Assembly: GCF_030028105.1 (NCBI RefSeq) | Contig: NC_092379.1 | Span: 29,195,821 to 29,259,820 of the forward strand | Direction of reading: 5' to 3' | DNA length: 64,000 nt | Origin: Mobula birostris | Taxonomy: Eukaryota | In this document: positions 1 through 11,589 of the stretch, piece after piece | Position numbering within the stretch: the first letter of the stretch is position 1 | Layout of the letters: every line of letters starts with the position of its first letter | Position numbers and translations under genes: made by a program | The notes under the pieces: generated by a model | The model's input: only the letters and a program-made list of their open reading frames with translations | What the model was told of the DNA's origin: nothing | Database searches by the model: none

Positions 1-28
1 GGCGTGTCTCTCGCACCTCATTTGGCAC

Positions 29-61
29 TTACGCAAGATAAAGGATTATGAAACCAATCAG
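29..61 (-). promoter_or_regulatory. V-gene promoter module (TTACGCAA + CCAATCAG) of a V gene lying just left of the window
   Basis: Bases 1-100 are nearly identical to 14603-14700, the region upstream of the intact V leader at 14504; TTACGCAA at 29-36, CCAATCAG at 54-61. Confidence 0.7.
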
Positions 62-439
62 AACAGGCGTGTGTTAACAGACTCTCTCAGTTTCTCTCTC
101 TTGGTCCTTCTCGCCCGTCTTCATCTTGTCGTCTGAATCCTTCGCACATCCTCTCTCCTTCCCTTCTATCTCTCCCTTAATCAATTTCTCAACTGTTTGC
201 CGACTCTTCTCTACTTTCTCTTTTCCCCTCTCTTTTCCTTTTTCATTTGTTCGGAGCCACTTTTACCCGTTTTCCTTTGAAGTAAGTGAGCATGTTGTAT
301 CGATCTTCACTGTGGAAGACACCAGCATGTGCCAGCTGTTAAAGGGCGCAGGGAAGAGAAGCGAATGCAATTACAATTACAAAGGAAAAGCTGCTCAAAA
401 TTCCGAAGGATCGAAAGATAATGTCATCCAGACCCGACG

Positions 440-1985
440 AACTGCACACTAGGTTTCTGTAAGAGGTAGTGGTAGAGATTGTAGAGGCATGAGTAATGAT
501 CCTTCAAAAATCATTGGATTCTGGCATGGTGGCAGAGGACTGAATAATTGAAAATGCTCCTTTAAGGAAGGAGGAAAAGAGAAAAGAAATTATAGACCAG
601 TTATCTTGACCTCAGTGGTTTGAGTCAATTTTTCAGGATAAGTTTATAGAGTACTTGGTGACACAGGACAAGACAGGGCAAAGTCAACATGGTTTCCTTA
701 AGAGAAAACCTTGCCTGACGAAGCTAATGGAATTTTCTGAGGAGATTATAAGAAGGATAGATTAGAAAAAAACATGTAGTGGATGCTGTAAATTTGGATT
801 TACAGAAGACCTTTGACATGGTGCCACACAGGAGGATGTTTACCAAGATAAATGCCCATGTTATTACTGGAATGGTTAGATCATTGCCTGATTGTTAGGA
901 GACAGCGAGTGGGAATAAAAGATGTTTTTTTCTGATTGGCTGCCAATGACTAGTGCTGTTCCGCAGGGGTCAGTGTTCGGCTTCTTCTTTTTATGCTGAA
1001 TATCAGTGATATATAAGATGGAATAAATGGCTTTGTTGCCAAGTTTACAGATGATGCGAAGATTGGTGGAGGTGCAGGTAGTGTTAAGGAAACAGGTAGG
1101 CTGCAGAAAGAATTAGTCAGATTGGGAGAATGGAAAAGAGAGTTGCAAATGAGATACAAAGTTGGATAATGCATGGTCATCACTTTGGTAGAAGAAATAA
1201 ATGTGCAGACTATTTCCGAAACGGGGAGAAAATCCAAAACCCTGAGATGCAAAGATGCAAAGGTGCTTGGGAGTTCTTGTGCATAACTCCCAAAAGATTA
1301 GCCTGCAGGTAGAGTCGGCGGTAAGAAGGCAACTGCATTATTAGCAGTCATTTCAAGAGGTCTAGAATACAAGAGCAGGGATGTGATGCTGAGGCTTTAT
1401 AAGGTACCGATGAGGTCTCACCTTGTTTATTGTGAACAGCTTTTGGCTCCTCATCTAAGAAAAATATGCTGCCATTGAAGAGAGTTCAGAGGAGGTTCAC
1501 AAGGGTTATTCGGGGAATGCAAGGGTTATATCATACGAGGAACTTTGACAGTTCTAGGACTGCACCTAATGGAATTCGGAAGAATAAGGAGGGATCTCAT
1601 TGAAACGTTTCAAATGTTGAAGGGCCTAGACAGAGTAGATATGAAAAGGATGTTTCCCATAGTGGGTGGTCCTGGACAAGAGGGCATAGCCTCAGGATAG
1701 AGGGCCGTCAATTTAAAACAGAGATCCAGAGAGATGTATCCAGAGGGAGGTGAATTTGTGGAATCTGTTACCACCTGCAGTTGTGGCGGCCAGACCGTTA
1801 GTTGTATTTAAAGCAGGGGTTGATAGGTTCTTGTTTGGCCATGGCACCAAAGGTTACAAGCAGAAGGCCAGAGAAAGGGGCTGAGGAGGGAGGGGAATAG
1901 ATCAGTCATGACAATGGCGGAGGAGACTCGATGACCCAAATGGCCTAAATCTGCTCCTATGTCTTATGGTCTTCTGGTCTTATGC
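440..1985 (+). mobile_element. Decayed CR1-type LINE, 3' half (RT region and tail)
   Basis: Broken RT-like frames similar to the CR1 ORF2 at 7805-8782; ends in a (TCTTATGG)-like tandem tail; paralogue at 15040-16570. Confidence 0.85.
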
Positions 1986-1999
1986 TATCTTTCAAAATG

Positions 2000-2400
2000 A
2001 GCAGGTTTTAACAGGGTCTCTCACTTTTTGCCATCTTCCCTTCTTTCTCTCCCTTATTCACTCATTCTCACCTGCTTTCTAACTCCCCTTTCGCTCAATT
2101 CCTCTCTTTCCCTTTCTCTTTATTTGTACTCCCTCTTTGACCCATTTTCTCCACTCTCTTCTCTCCCTCCCCTTCTCATATCCTGAATGTCTCCATCACT
2201 CTCTCTTTCCCTTTTCCGCCCTCTCCTTGCTCTGCCTTTCTTTGTCTCTTTATCGTTTTTTCTGACGCTCTCTAAATTATTTTGCTCTCTGTCTCTACCG
2301 CGCTCTCTCTCTCTCTCTACTGCTCTCTCTCTCTGTCTCTCTCTCTCTCTGTCTGTCTACCTGTCTGTGTCTCTGTTTCTCTCACTCTCTCTCCTACATG
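2000..2400. repeat. Pyrimidine-rich low-complexity/(CT)n tract
   Basis: Direct reading; paralogous to 16600-17000. Confidence 0.9.
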
Positions 2401-2869
2401 CAAGCACATAGGTTCCATAATAATGGTTACACACTGTGACTACGACAATCACATGGATCAATTACGGGACAACGGATGTTAAAGAAACATGGGATACATG
2501 CGGTGCAGTCTCTACAGTTTGAATTTGGCCTCACACTGGCATTAGAGAAAGCCGGTGACGTCAGTCTCTCCCTATCTATAAAGTCGCACTCCTCCTGTAT
2601 GCATCTCTACGCCTTCCCCGTTTCCGTGTCTAAAACTGCAAATAAGGGACGGCAATAAGGGATGTCTTTGCTGGTGTTGAGGGTAGGGGGGTCGGGTGTT
2701 GAAGCATTTGTCCCTTGGCGCTGTTGCCATGAGCAGTGTCTTTCATTGTTCCCCACTCTTTTCGTTTCTCCCTTGCCCTTTTTTCTATTTCCACTATTTT
2801 CCTCTCTCTCTTTCTGTCTTCTTCCTTCTCAATTTCTACTGCTTTGCCGACTTGCTCCGCTACTTCTAT

Positions 2870-2883
2870 CTGTCTCTCTCTCT

Positions 2884-2925
<42 letters not shown>

Positions 2926-2926
2926 T
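2870..2926. repeat. (CT)n(CA)n compound microsatellite
   Basis: Direct reading. Confidence 0.95.
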
Positions 2927-3059
2927 GTAGCTCATTCTGTTTATGCCAGCATAATGATCCCTTGATAACGCTTAAACAAGGCTGAACTTTCATAAGTCAT
3001 CAGTGACGTTTTGCTTCCCTGCACGCTGCTTTGCGAGTATTGAGTCGGTTAAAATCACA

Positions 3060-3470
3060 GAGAATATATTTGTATTTTAAAAGAATTACCGGATACAGCA
3101 TGTGGAGACTTTGGAAAACTGGATGCCGGTGTTGAAGGAAGGAGAGGTAACCTGGAATGATTCAATGGCTTGGCTTTCTCTTTTTCCTGATTATCATAAC
3201 ACTGTAACTTGATTTCTAGTTTCTGTAAATTAATAATGCAGAAATTCACCATGACTCGTCTGCACACTAAAAAGAGTAGGAAGCTTCTGCAGAAATAGTA
3301 AAGTGCAAGGAGAAACATCCGTTCTGAGGTGGACCGGTTATTTCAGGGGAAAACGACAAATTCTCCACGACGGTTCACAGAAGATGCACTTGTGGGTGAG
3401 ATGTTTGTACTTTAAGCAGAATATTCAGCAGTTGAATATAGGGCAAATGCACTTTCTCTGTTCGACCTGT
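3060..3470 (-). pseudogene. Heavily decayed V-like relic (family C)
   Basis: Minus strand reads ...SFQVTSPSF-NTGIQFSKV (cf. DTAVYFCAV), then CACATGC-24bp-ACAAATATA; acceptor-like ttaaacag/gt at ~3467; homologous to 8950-9350, 17100-17420, 22550-22760, 24170-24340. Confidence 0.5.
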
Positions 3471-4201
3471 TTAATCATTATCAAGGCATCTTTGTGCTGG
3501 CATATGGGATAAACAGAGTGAGTGATAGAGAGCGAGTGAGAGAGGATGAGACAGAAGGGGGAAGGCAGAGATGGGAGACAAGGTGAGTGGTGTGATGGAG
3601 TTTGCGGAGAGCTGGGTGTCAAGGATAAATAGAAAATAAGGGAAGTGGAAAGAGAAAGTGACTGAGAGAGTGCGTGTGTGAGAGAGAGAGAGATAAAGTC
3701 ACAGAGCGATATAGCAGAGCGAGAACAGAAAGGCAGGGGAAAGATTGAGGGAAGGAGACAGAGAAAGGAAGAATGGGAAAGAGAGGAAATGCAGGAAGAA
3801 AGAGAGATGCAGAGAAAAGAAAGAGGGGAAAGTGAAAAGAGGAGACACGAAACATGAGAAAGACTGACTGAGGGACTGGAAGTGCGAAATAAAGAGGAGG
3901 CGGGAAGAATTCTGACAGCAAGAAGAAGATGAAGCGCAGGAAAATTTGAGAGTGAGAAACTAAGATACACTTTGAACATGGAAGAATCATCTCGGCCCGA
4001 AATGACAACTGTCTACCCATTTCTTTACATGCTGCCTGACATGCTGAGTTACTGAAACATTCTCTGTGTGTTTCTTTGAACACCTGCTCGTTCTGTTTGT
4101 CCAGCTATCTTTCATGGAGTGTCCGATGGTCTTGAGCTGAAGATATTAACCTTTCGCGTCTCATTTTCAAACTGGTCGTTTGTTGCTTTACTTCGGACCC
4201 C

Positions 4202-4310
4202 ATGTCTCCCCGTGTTGGTTGTAGTTGCTCTGCCTGGTGAATCTCTGTCTGATCGGTAAGTACTTGTGTCACGTGGCCAGAGCGATCCGGCGCCGATCAC
4301 AAACTCCGAG
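4202..4310 (+). pseudogene. Inverted V leader exon plus intron remnant (family A), V exon mostly deleted
   Basis: ATGTCTCCCCGTGTTGGTTG...CTGCCTG/GTGAATCTCTG matches the leaders at 14504 and 21264; intron motif GCGATCCGGCGCCG.TCACA.ACTC is shared with 14400-14410. Confidence 0.7.
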
Positions 4311-5039
4311 ATTGTCCCCAACAATCTCGAACACAGATCCGAACGTCATGTTTTTTTTTCAGCAGGCTGCACCTTCGGCCCTCCGAGCACCGATCCCGCT
4401 GAACCATCGGCTCAAGGGAGAGCTACTGAACCCCGAATAAAGATTCTGTGAACGTTCTTCGTGCAGAGTGTGTCCGTTGTCCTTTTAAATAAGGCGACCA
4501 CATAAGAACGAAGTTCTCTCCATTGTCCTTTGCCATCGTTTGAATGCTCCCTCCTCTGTTTATTGTAATGTGAGTCACGGCGATCAGCTCTCTGAACATG
4601 GACCAGAGTAACCAGGATTCTTTACTGTGGATTGTTCCACATTAGCCAGAGGAGAAAGACCAGGATATTTCATCATTCCAGGTTTCTTCTCAATTAACAT
4701 TATCCCTCAATTGGTTTATGAGATTTTAATGGATGCAACGTCTCAACTACCTCGCAGAAGAGTAAAACTAGTCAACACCTCCTCTACAACTTCAACATTG
4801 TATAACCATTATTATAAAACTTATGTGTTTTCATGTAACAGAGAGAGAGGGAGAGAGAGAGAGAGTGGGGGGAGAGGCGGCAGAAGAGAACGGAAGAGGC
4901 AGATGGTACACTGCGTGAAGAGGAGTGAGTGAAATAGTAAATGAAGAGATGACACGAAGTGGAGGATCGAGAGAAAATAGGTTATAAAGACAAATACAAA
5001 CAGACAGACGAAATGCGGCAATCCTAATTCTAATTGGAA

Positions 5040-5640
5040 ACCTCATTTATTGTTCGCACCAATGAATCGTTAAGACACTGGTGAGCCTCACCTTGGGTAT
5101 TGTGTACAGTTTTGGGCTCCTCATCTTAGAAAAGAGGTGCTGGCATTGGAGAAGGTCCAGAGGAGGTTCACAAGGATGATTCCAGGATTCTGGGTTATCA
5201 TACCAGGAACGTTTGCTGGCTCTGGGTCTGCACTCACTGGAATTTAGAAGAATGAGGAGGGATCTCATTGAAACCGTTCGAATGTTGAAAAGGCTAGACA
5301 GAGTAGATGTGGAAAGGATGGTTCCTATCGCGGGAGAGTCCAGGACAAGTGGGCACAGCCTCAGGATAGAGGGGCGTCCATTCAAAACAGAGATGCGGAG
5401 AAATTTCTTTAGCCAGAGGGTCGTCAATTTGTGAAATTTGTTGCCACGTGCAGCTGTGGAGGCCCGGTAGTTGGGTGTATTTAACGCAGACATTGATAGG
5501 TTCTTGATTGGACATGGCATCAAGGGTTATGGAGAGAAGGCAGAGAAATAGGGTTGAGGAGGGAAAAAAAAGCATCAGCCATGATTGAACGACGGAGCAG
5601 ACTCGATGGGTCAAATGGCCTAATTCTGCTCCAATGTCAT
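5040..5640 (+). mobile_element. CR1 3' fragment inserted between a V promoter and its leader
   Basis: ORF 5213-5434 (LEFRRMRRDLIETVRMLKRLDRVD) is the CR1 ORF2 C-terminus. Confidence 0.85.
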
Positions 5641-5767
5641 ATTAGTCACAAAGCCCCAGGGCAAAGTTGAAATGTGTAGCAGGACTGGTCTTAATCTGTA
5701 AGATCACTCAAAGATATCAACTTTTTGGAAGTCAGCTGCCTTTCCGTGGAGTGGGAAGTCAGATACC

Positions 5768-6117
5768 ATCTGTTCCCTCCGTTATTTATTGATTATGTTG
5801 GTTGACCTTTTCTTGCAGGAGAATTAACGGTCGAGGAAGGACAGGCCGTGAGATTGAACCAGCAGCTACAACGGCGTCGGTGCACTTTTGGTACATTTGT
5901 CATTATGAGGAAACTCCAAAATACTTGCTGAAGTTATATACCTCTGGAACGGTGGAGTGGTCTCCAGAATCTCCAGTGAGGTGTACCGATGCTTTGCAGA
6001 GAGGCAGCAAGGTGGTTCATTTTAATATCTCTGGAGTTTTGTATCGAAATCCGCCGTCTATCTGCGTGCCATGGGGAGCACTCCATGCCAAGGAGACTAT
6101 GACTCCCGATAAAATCA
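5768..6117 (+). pseudogene. TCR V pseudogene (family B), inverted orientation, degenerate 23-RSS
   Basis: Frameshifted ELTVEEGQAVRLN / HFWYICHYEETPKYLLKLYTSG...VHFNISG / SAVYL; leader ATG reads ATC and most of the intron is deleted; CACTCCA(6079-6085)-23bp-ATAAAATCA(6109-6117). Confidence 0.85.
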
Positions 6118-6239
6118 GTGCACAGTCGCTAAAGGGCGATTTTTGCTAGAACACTGGAGGTGGCGCATTCAAATATTCGCGAGGATCACGTAATTGACAT
6201 AAGAGGGCGAAACTCAATAGCAAAATACATCGGTCAGGA

Positions 6240-6370
6240 TGTTGGGACAAATGTGGCGAGTGGTTCCATTGAAATATCTCCGCTGGTTTTGTGTCGGATT
6301 CCGCTGTGTATTTTCGCACGGATCAGCCCTCACTAATACAGAGCGACGGCCGATCTGGTGAAATAACTCA
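6240..6370 (+). pseudogene. 3' remnant of a second V with degenerate RSS
   Basis: FH*NISAGFVSDSAVYFRTDQP followed by a CACTAAT...AAATAACTC RSS-like sequence; homologous to 10335-10450 inverted. Confidence 0.65.
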
Positions 6371-7244
6371 TCCTGCGGACAATGGGAGCTCGCATTAGAG
6401 GGCGCGCTCGCTCCACCAGGTCCTGCTCAATATCGAACACAGTTTCGTCCTCGGGACCTCGGCGACAACAAAACCGCCCTGTTTAGAGGCTGCAGGGCTA
6501 GAATCACAAAAGTTGGAACACACCCAAAACCCCTAATAGCAATTTCCTACGAGAACGGCAGACATACATGCGTGGATAAAGCTTTGTGAATGAGGAGCAA
6601 CTTCAGGGAATGCGAGCAAAAGAGGAAAGGGATAGGAAGAGTCATCTGGTGGGAGGAGGCCGGCGGTAAAATTGACAGAGAAAGAGTGACGGAGATGGGG
6701 AAACAGAGTGAGCGAGAGAGAGATTGAGAGAGAAGGAGAGTAAAGTGAACGGAATGAGACGTCTAAAGCAATGAGATGGCGAGGGAGACATTGATAGAAA
6801 GTGCAGTAAGTAGACCGAGAGAGTTGGGTGCAACGCTGGAGAGTAAGGTCAAAATTTTATCTCTTCGTAGAGAGGAAACATGCAATTGTTTTATAAAAGT
6901 TGTTTCTGAGCCTGGTTATGCGTGATTTCAGGGTTTATATCTCCGCCGATGTAAAAGAGGCAGAGGAGAAGTGGCCGGAATTTTAATCGTGCTGACTACT
7001 TTACAGAAACAGCGACAAGTATCGATAGAGTCTGCGGAGGGAGGCTGAGGTGCTGCGTTGCGTCCTGTGCGTTGGGCTCTACTCAATAACGCCTTTGTCT
7101 GCCCTCCTACCCGCCGAACACTGAACCTTAACGCCGACAGGGGAATTTCCGTGTAGTGGGATGTGATGGAGACAGCTCCACACATGCTAATCCATCTTCA
7201 TCCCTCTTCTCGACAGTTACCTTCACAAACCCCTTCAATAGAGT

Positions 7245-8862
7245 CTAATCAGATCGAAATAGAATACAGATCGAAAAGGAGGAGATTCTTGCTGTCTTGA
7301 GGAAAATTAAAGTGGATAAATCCCCGGGACTTGACAGGGTGTTCCGTCGGACCTTGAAGGAGACTGGTGTTGAAATTGCAGGGGCCCTGGCAGAAATATT
7401 TAAAATGTTGCTGTCTACAGGTGAGGTGCCGGAGGATTGGAGAGTGGCTCATGTTGTTCCGTTGTTTAAAAAAGGATCGTAAATTAATCCGGGAAATTAT
7501 AGGCCCGTAAATTTAACGTTGGTAGTAGGTAAATTATTGGAGGGAGTACTAAGAGACAGAATCTACAAGCATTTGGATAGACAGGGACTTATTAAGGAGA
7601 GTCAACATGGCTTTGTGCGTGGTAGGTCATGTTTGACCAATCTATTGGAGTTTTTCGAGGAGGTTACCAGGAAAGAGGATGAAGGGAAGGCAGTGGATAT
7701 TGTCCATGGACTTCAGTAAAGCCTTTGACAATGTCCTCATTGGAGGTTAGTTAGGAAAATTCAGTCGCTAGGTGTACATGGAGAGGTGGTAAACTGGTTA
7801 GACATTGGCTCAATGGAAGAAGCCAAAGAGTGGTAGTAGAGAATTGCTTCTCCGAGTGGAGGCCTGTACTAGTGGTGTGCCACAGGGATCAGTGCTGGGT
7901 CCATTGTTATTTGTCATCTATATCAATGATCTGGATGATAATGTGGTAAATTGGATCAGCAAATTTGATGATGATACAAAGATTGGAGGTGTAGTAGACA
8001 GTGAGGAAGGTTTTCAGAGCCTGCAGAGGGACTTGGACCAGCTGGAAAAATGGGATGAAAAATGGCAGATGGTGTTTAATGCAGACAAGTGTGAGGTATT
8101 GCACGTTGGAAGGACAAACCAGGGTAGAACATACAGGGTTAATGGTAAGGCACTGAGGAGTGCAGTAGAACAGAGGGATCTGGGAATACAGATACAAAAT
8201 TCCCTAAAAGTGGCGTCACAGGTAGATAGGGTCGTAAAGAGAGCTTTTGGTACATTGGCCTTTATTAATCGAAGTATTGAGTATAAGAGCTGGAATGATC
8301 TGATGAGGTTGTATAAGGCATTGGTGAGACCGAATCCGGAGTATTGTGTTCAGTTTTGGTCACCAAATTACAGGAAGGATATAAATAAGGTTGAAAGAGT
8401 GCAGAGAAGGTTTACAAGGTTGTTGCCGGGACTTGAGAAACTCAGTTACAGAGAAAGGTTGAATAGGTTAGGACTTTATTCCCTGGAGCGTAGAAGAATG
8501 AGGGGAGATTTGATGGAGGTATATAAAATTATGATGGGTATAGATAGAGTGAACGCAAGCAGGCTTTTTCCACTGAGGCAAGGGGTTAAGGGTGGGGGGG
8601 TGGAGTTTAAAGGGAACATTAGGGGGGGCTTCTTCACACAGACAATGGTGGGAGTATGGAATGAGCTGCCAGACGAGGTGGTAAATGCGGGTTCTTTTTT
8701 AACATTTAAGAATAAATTGGACAGATACATGGATGGGAGGTGTATGGAGGGATATGGTCCGTGTGCAGGTCAGTGGGACTAGGCAGAAAATGGTTCGGCA
8801 CAGCCAAGAAGGGCCAAAAGGCCTGTTTTTGTGCTGTAGTTTCTATGGTTCTATGGTTCTAT
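7245..8862 (+). mobile_element. CR1 LINE, 5'-truncated, RT ORF2 fragment
   Basis: ORF 7805-8782 with GVPQGSVLGPLLF..YINDLD..KFDDDTK (RT motifs); (TTCTATG)n 3' tail at 8840-8862. Confidence 0.95.
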
Positions 8863-8949
8863 ATCCTTTATGATTCAGCACAAACATTATTATCCTTCTA
8901 AACAACACATACCCAAACCGTTTGGTAGACATTTTCCTCAGTAGGCAGC

Positions 8950-9440
8950 CTCCTGGGCCCTATATACGAAAAAAAATGGATGTCGGTGTTAAAGGATGGA
9001 GCGGTAATCTGGAATAATCCAGTGGCCTGGGTTTTCTGTTTTTCCTGATAATAGTAACAATGTAACTGGATTTCTGGTTACTGTGGATTCCTTATGTACT
9101 TAGTCGTCATGACTCACCTACTCAGTAAACAGAGTAGGGACTTCCTGCCCCGATGGTAATGGGAAAAGGAGAAACTTCCGTTCTGGCGTGGTCTCCATAT
9201 TATAGGAGAACGGAACGAGCACTCCACGAGGGATCTTTACAGAAGTAGTTGTCCATTGAGCAGAATGTTCAGCTGATCCGGTGTTTATGGGGCTAAGGAG
9301 GCTGGCTACTGACAGGAGTGTCTATCGAGCGGGTTGGATCTGTTTTGATGAAAGCATAAGCAATGTTGGCGCTAAGTCACATTGAACACTGAAGTAACTT
9401 ATGAAGGTAACTGTCGAGAGAAGGGCTGAAAATGGAATAG
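8950..9440 (-). pseudogene. Heavily decayed V-like relic (family C)
   Basis: Minus-strand frames read SVKIPRG...YNMETT / FSFSHYHRGRKSLLCLLS (cf. WYALYSGKSLKQLLT) / LFQITAPSFNTDIHF. Confidence 0.5.
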
Positions 9441-10334
9441 CACGGCCCGGGTTGTATCCATCTCTGTCCCAATGAACGGAGAATCAATTGAGGACGTTAG
9501 GAGTGAGCCACAGGCACCCCTGTTGAGTGATAAGGGCGGGGGGGGGGGCGGGCAAGGGCGTTTCTCAGGAGATCCCAACGCAGACTCTCGAGGTCACAAC
9601 TCAGCCCATCATGGAATACAACCTTCTCTCACGAGACTCTACCTGTAATTCTCGCTGCCTCTGTGCAGTAGTCAGCATAGTTACCCATTCCGGCCGTTCC
9701 CTATTCTGTCTCTTTTTCAATGGCGAATGATACAAAGCCTGAAATCGCGTATCACAAAGCTCACCGGAATCTGTTGAAACTAATATATGGATCCTAATTA
9801 CGATAAGATATAATTTTGATCTTTTTACCCTTGTTATGAGCTTGCTCCTTTTCCTCAGCCTGAGTCAGCTCTTCCCTGTCTATTGCCCACTCGTCTCTCT
9901 CGCTCTACTTACTGCTCTTTCCACCACTGTTTCTCTCGCCATCTCATTTCTCTCTGCTTCATTGCTCTCTACGCCTCCCCATTTTATTCACTTACTCCCT
10001 CTCTCGTTTTTACTGCCTTCTTTTCCCTACCCACAATATCTTTCATCCTATCTATTTCCCTGCTTTTGCTCGTTTCCCCTCTAGTCGCTACTCATTCGCA
10101 AAACCTTATCACGCATACGTATCTCTCGGTTCCACGTTAGAAACTGCAAATATGAGTTATTGGTGTGTTATCCCGCTACCCTGCAGCATTAGAACCGGTG
10201 TACATAGAAGGGGTATTGTCGCCTGGGTCACGAAATCGGGACGGTACACAATGTTGAGCTGGCGATAAGGGGGACTTGGAGGTGGCGAGGGACACCCCCA
10301 CACCCCATGCGAGCGCGCACTATTTTCAGGGTGA

Positions 10335-10450
10335 GTCTGTGTTCGGATCCAAAGTCGACTTGGCCTGGATCAGAGAGGGCTGTACGGTACAAAGATACAC
10401 AGCGCAATCGGGTACAAAAGCCCCGGAGATATTTAGATAACACCACTGGT
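10335..10450 (-). pseudogene. 3' remnant of a V with degenerate RSS
   Basis: YLNISGAFVPDCAVYLCTVQP, then a degenerate spacer and ACACAGACT-CACCCTG (cf. ACAAAAACT-CACCCTG after the intact Vs). Confidence 0.7.
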
Positions 10451-10612
10451 CATTTTTGTCCAAACAACATCACATAATGACAGATGTATTTTGCGACTGA
10501 GTTTCGCCCTCTTAAGTCAACAACAACACGTTCGCAGATATTTAGTCGTGCCCCCTTCGGTTCTCCAGCAAAGGGCGCCCTCTAGGGACCGCTCTGCTCG
10601 TCACCGCAGGGA

Positions 10613-11081
10613 AGATTTTATCCGGAGCCAACACCTCCTTACAACAGTTGTTCCCAATGGCACAGAGGTGCACAGCGAAGTCTGACAGACTAGCTCCAGA
10701 GATATTAAAATGAACCTTCTTGCTATCTCTCTGCGACGCAGCAGTAAACCTCACTGGAGATGCTGGGGACTGCTCCGTCGTTCCTGGGGAATATAACTTC
10801 AGCAAGTATTTTGGAGATGCCCGCGATGCTGAATGCAGCAAAAATTATATGTGCATCAATGTTTCTAATTACAGTTCAGTGTTATGGTCTGTCTTTCTTC
10901 AACCTTTAATTCAGGAGACTGCTAGGTCACAGAATCTTCCCCAGTCACTCCTGCAATAAAAGCACAGAATGCATGAGCACCTCGCGATGCACCGCTCACA
11001 CGGAACAAATGCAAGTCATTGCCGCGTAGACTCACCGGACATCACCCACAACATCATCATCAAAGAACAAAGGGAACACAT
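10613..11081 (-). pseudogene. TCR V pseudogene (family B): leader 11081-11036, V exon 10950-10651, degenerate RSS
   Basis: Leader MCSLCSLMMMLWVMS G/gtgagt; acceptor ttattgcag; V reads GVTGEDSVT*QSPELKVEERQTITLNCN*... with stops and a 1-bp frameshift, then PKYLLKLYSPG...VHFNISGASLSDFAVHLCAI; CAACTGT-22bp-ATAAAATCT. Confidence 0.9.
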
Positions 11082-11255
11082 GATGTCTGGCTTCAAGCTC
11101 GATCAAAAGACAGCTTAATTCCGAAAAGTTAATACAGTTTACCGATATTCGAGAGTATATTGGAAAGTTCTCGACCTGCGAAAACTTTCAGCTTGTGTAA
11201 GACTGGGGCGTTACCCTGTCTATCGATTTATTGGCGGGAGCAATAAATCCGGTCA

Positions 11256-11263
11256 CCAATCAG
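11256..11263 (-). promoter_or_regulatory. NF-Y/CCAAT box upstream of the family-B V leader
   Basis: CCAATCAG 175 bp upstream of the ATG at 11081; the same box recurs at 14656, 17587, 21423, 28116, 28924. Confidence 0.55.
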
Positions 11264-11414
11264 AATGGGATTTACTTCAGTTCGTGTGCTTGTCTCCATT
11301 TGTCTTTGTAGCCCATTCTCTCTTGATCTTCTCCTCCCGTTCTCTCTTCTGCTTTCACTCATCTACAATCATTACAAAGCACTCTACACTCCGCCACTCA
11401 CTTTCTGTTGTGCT

Positions 11415-11471
<57 letters not shown>

Positions 11472-11589
11472 ATCTCCCTGTCTCTCCCGCACTTCTTCGC
11501 AGCTTCTCCACTCAATACCCATGTCTCCAACTCAAAGTCTCCCTCCCTTTTCAGTTTGGAGAAGTACACAGACTCAGTAGCCCATCATC

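Noticed and set aside
2411-2490. Possible J or D segment with a 12-RSS (also 17011-17090)
   Set aside because: Nonamer is only 4/9; no FGxG or WGxG motif and no splice donor follows.
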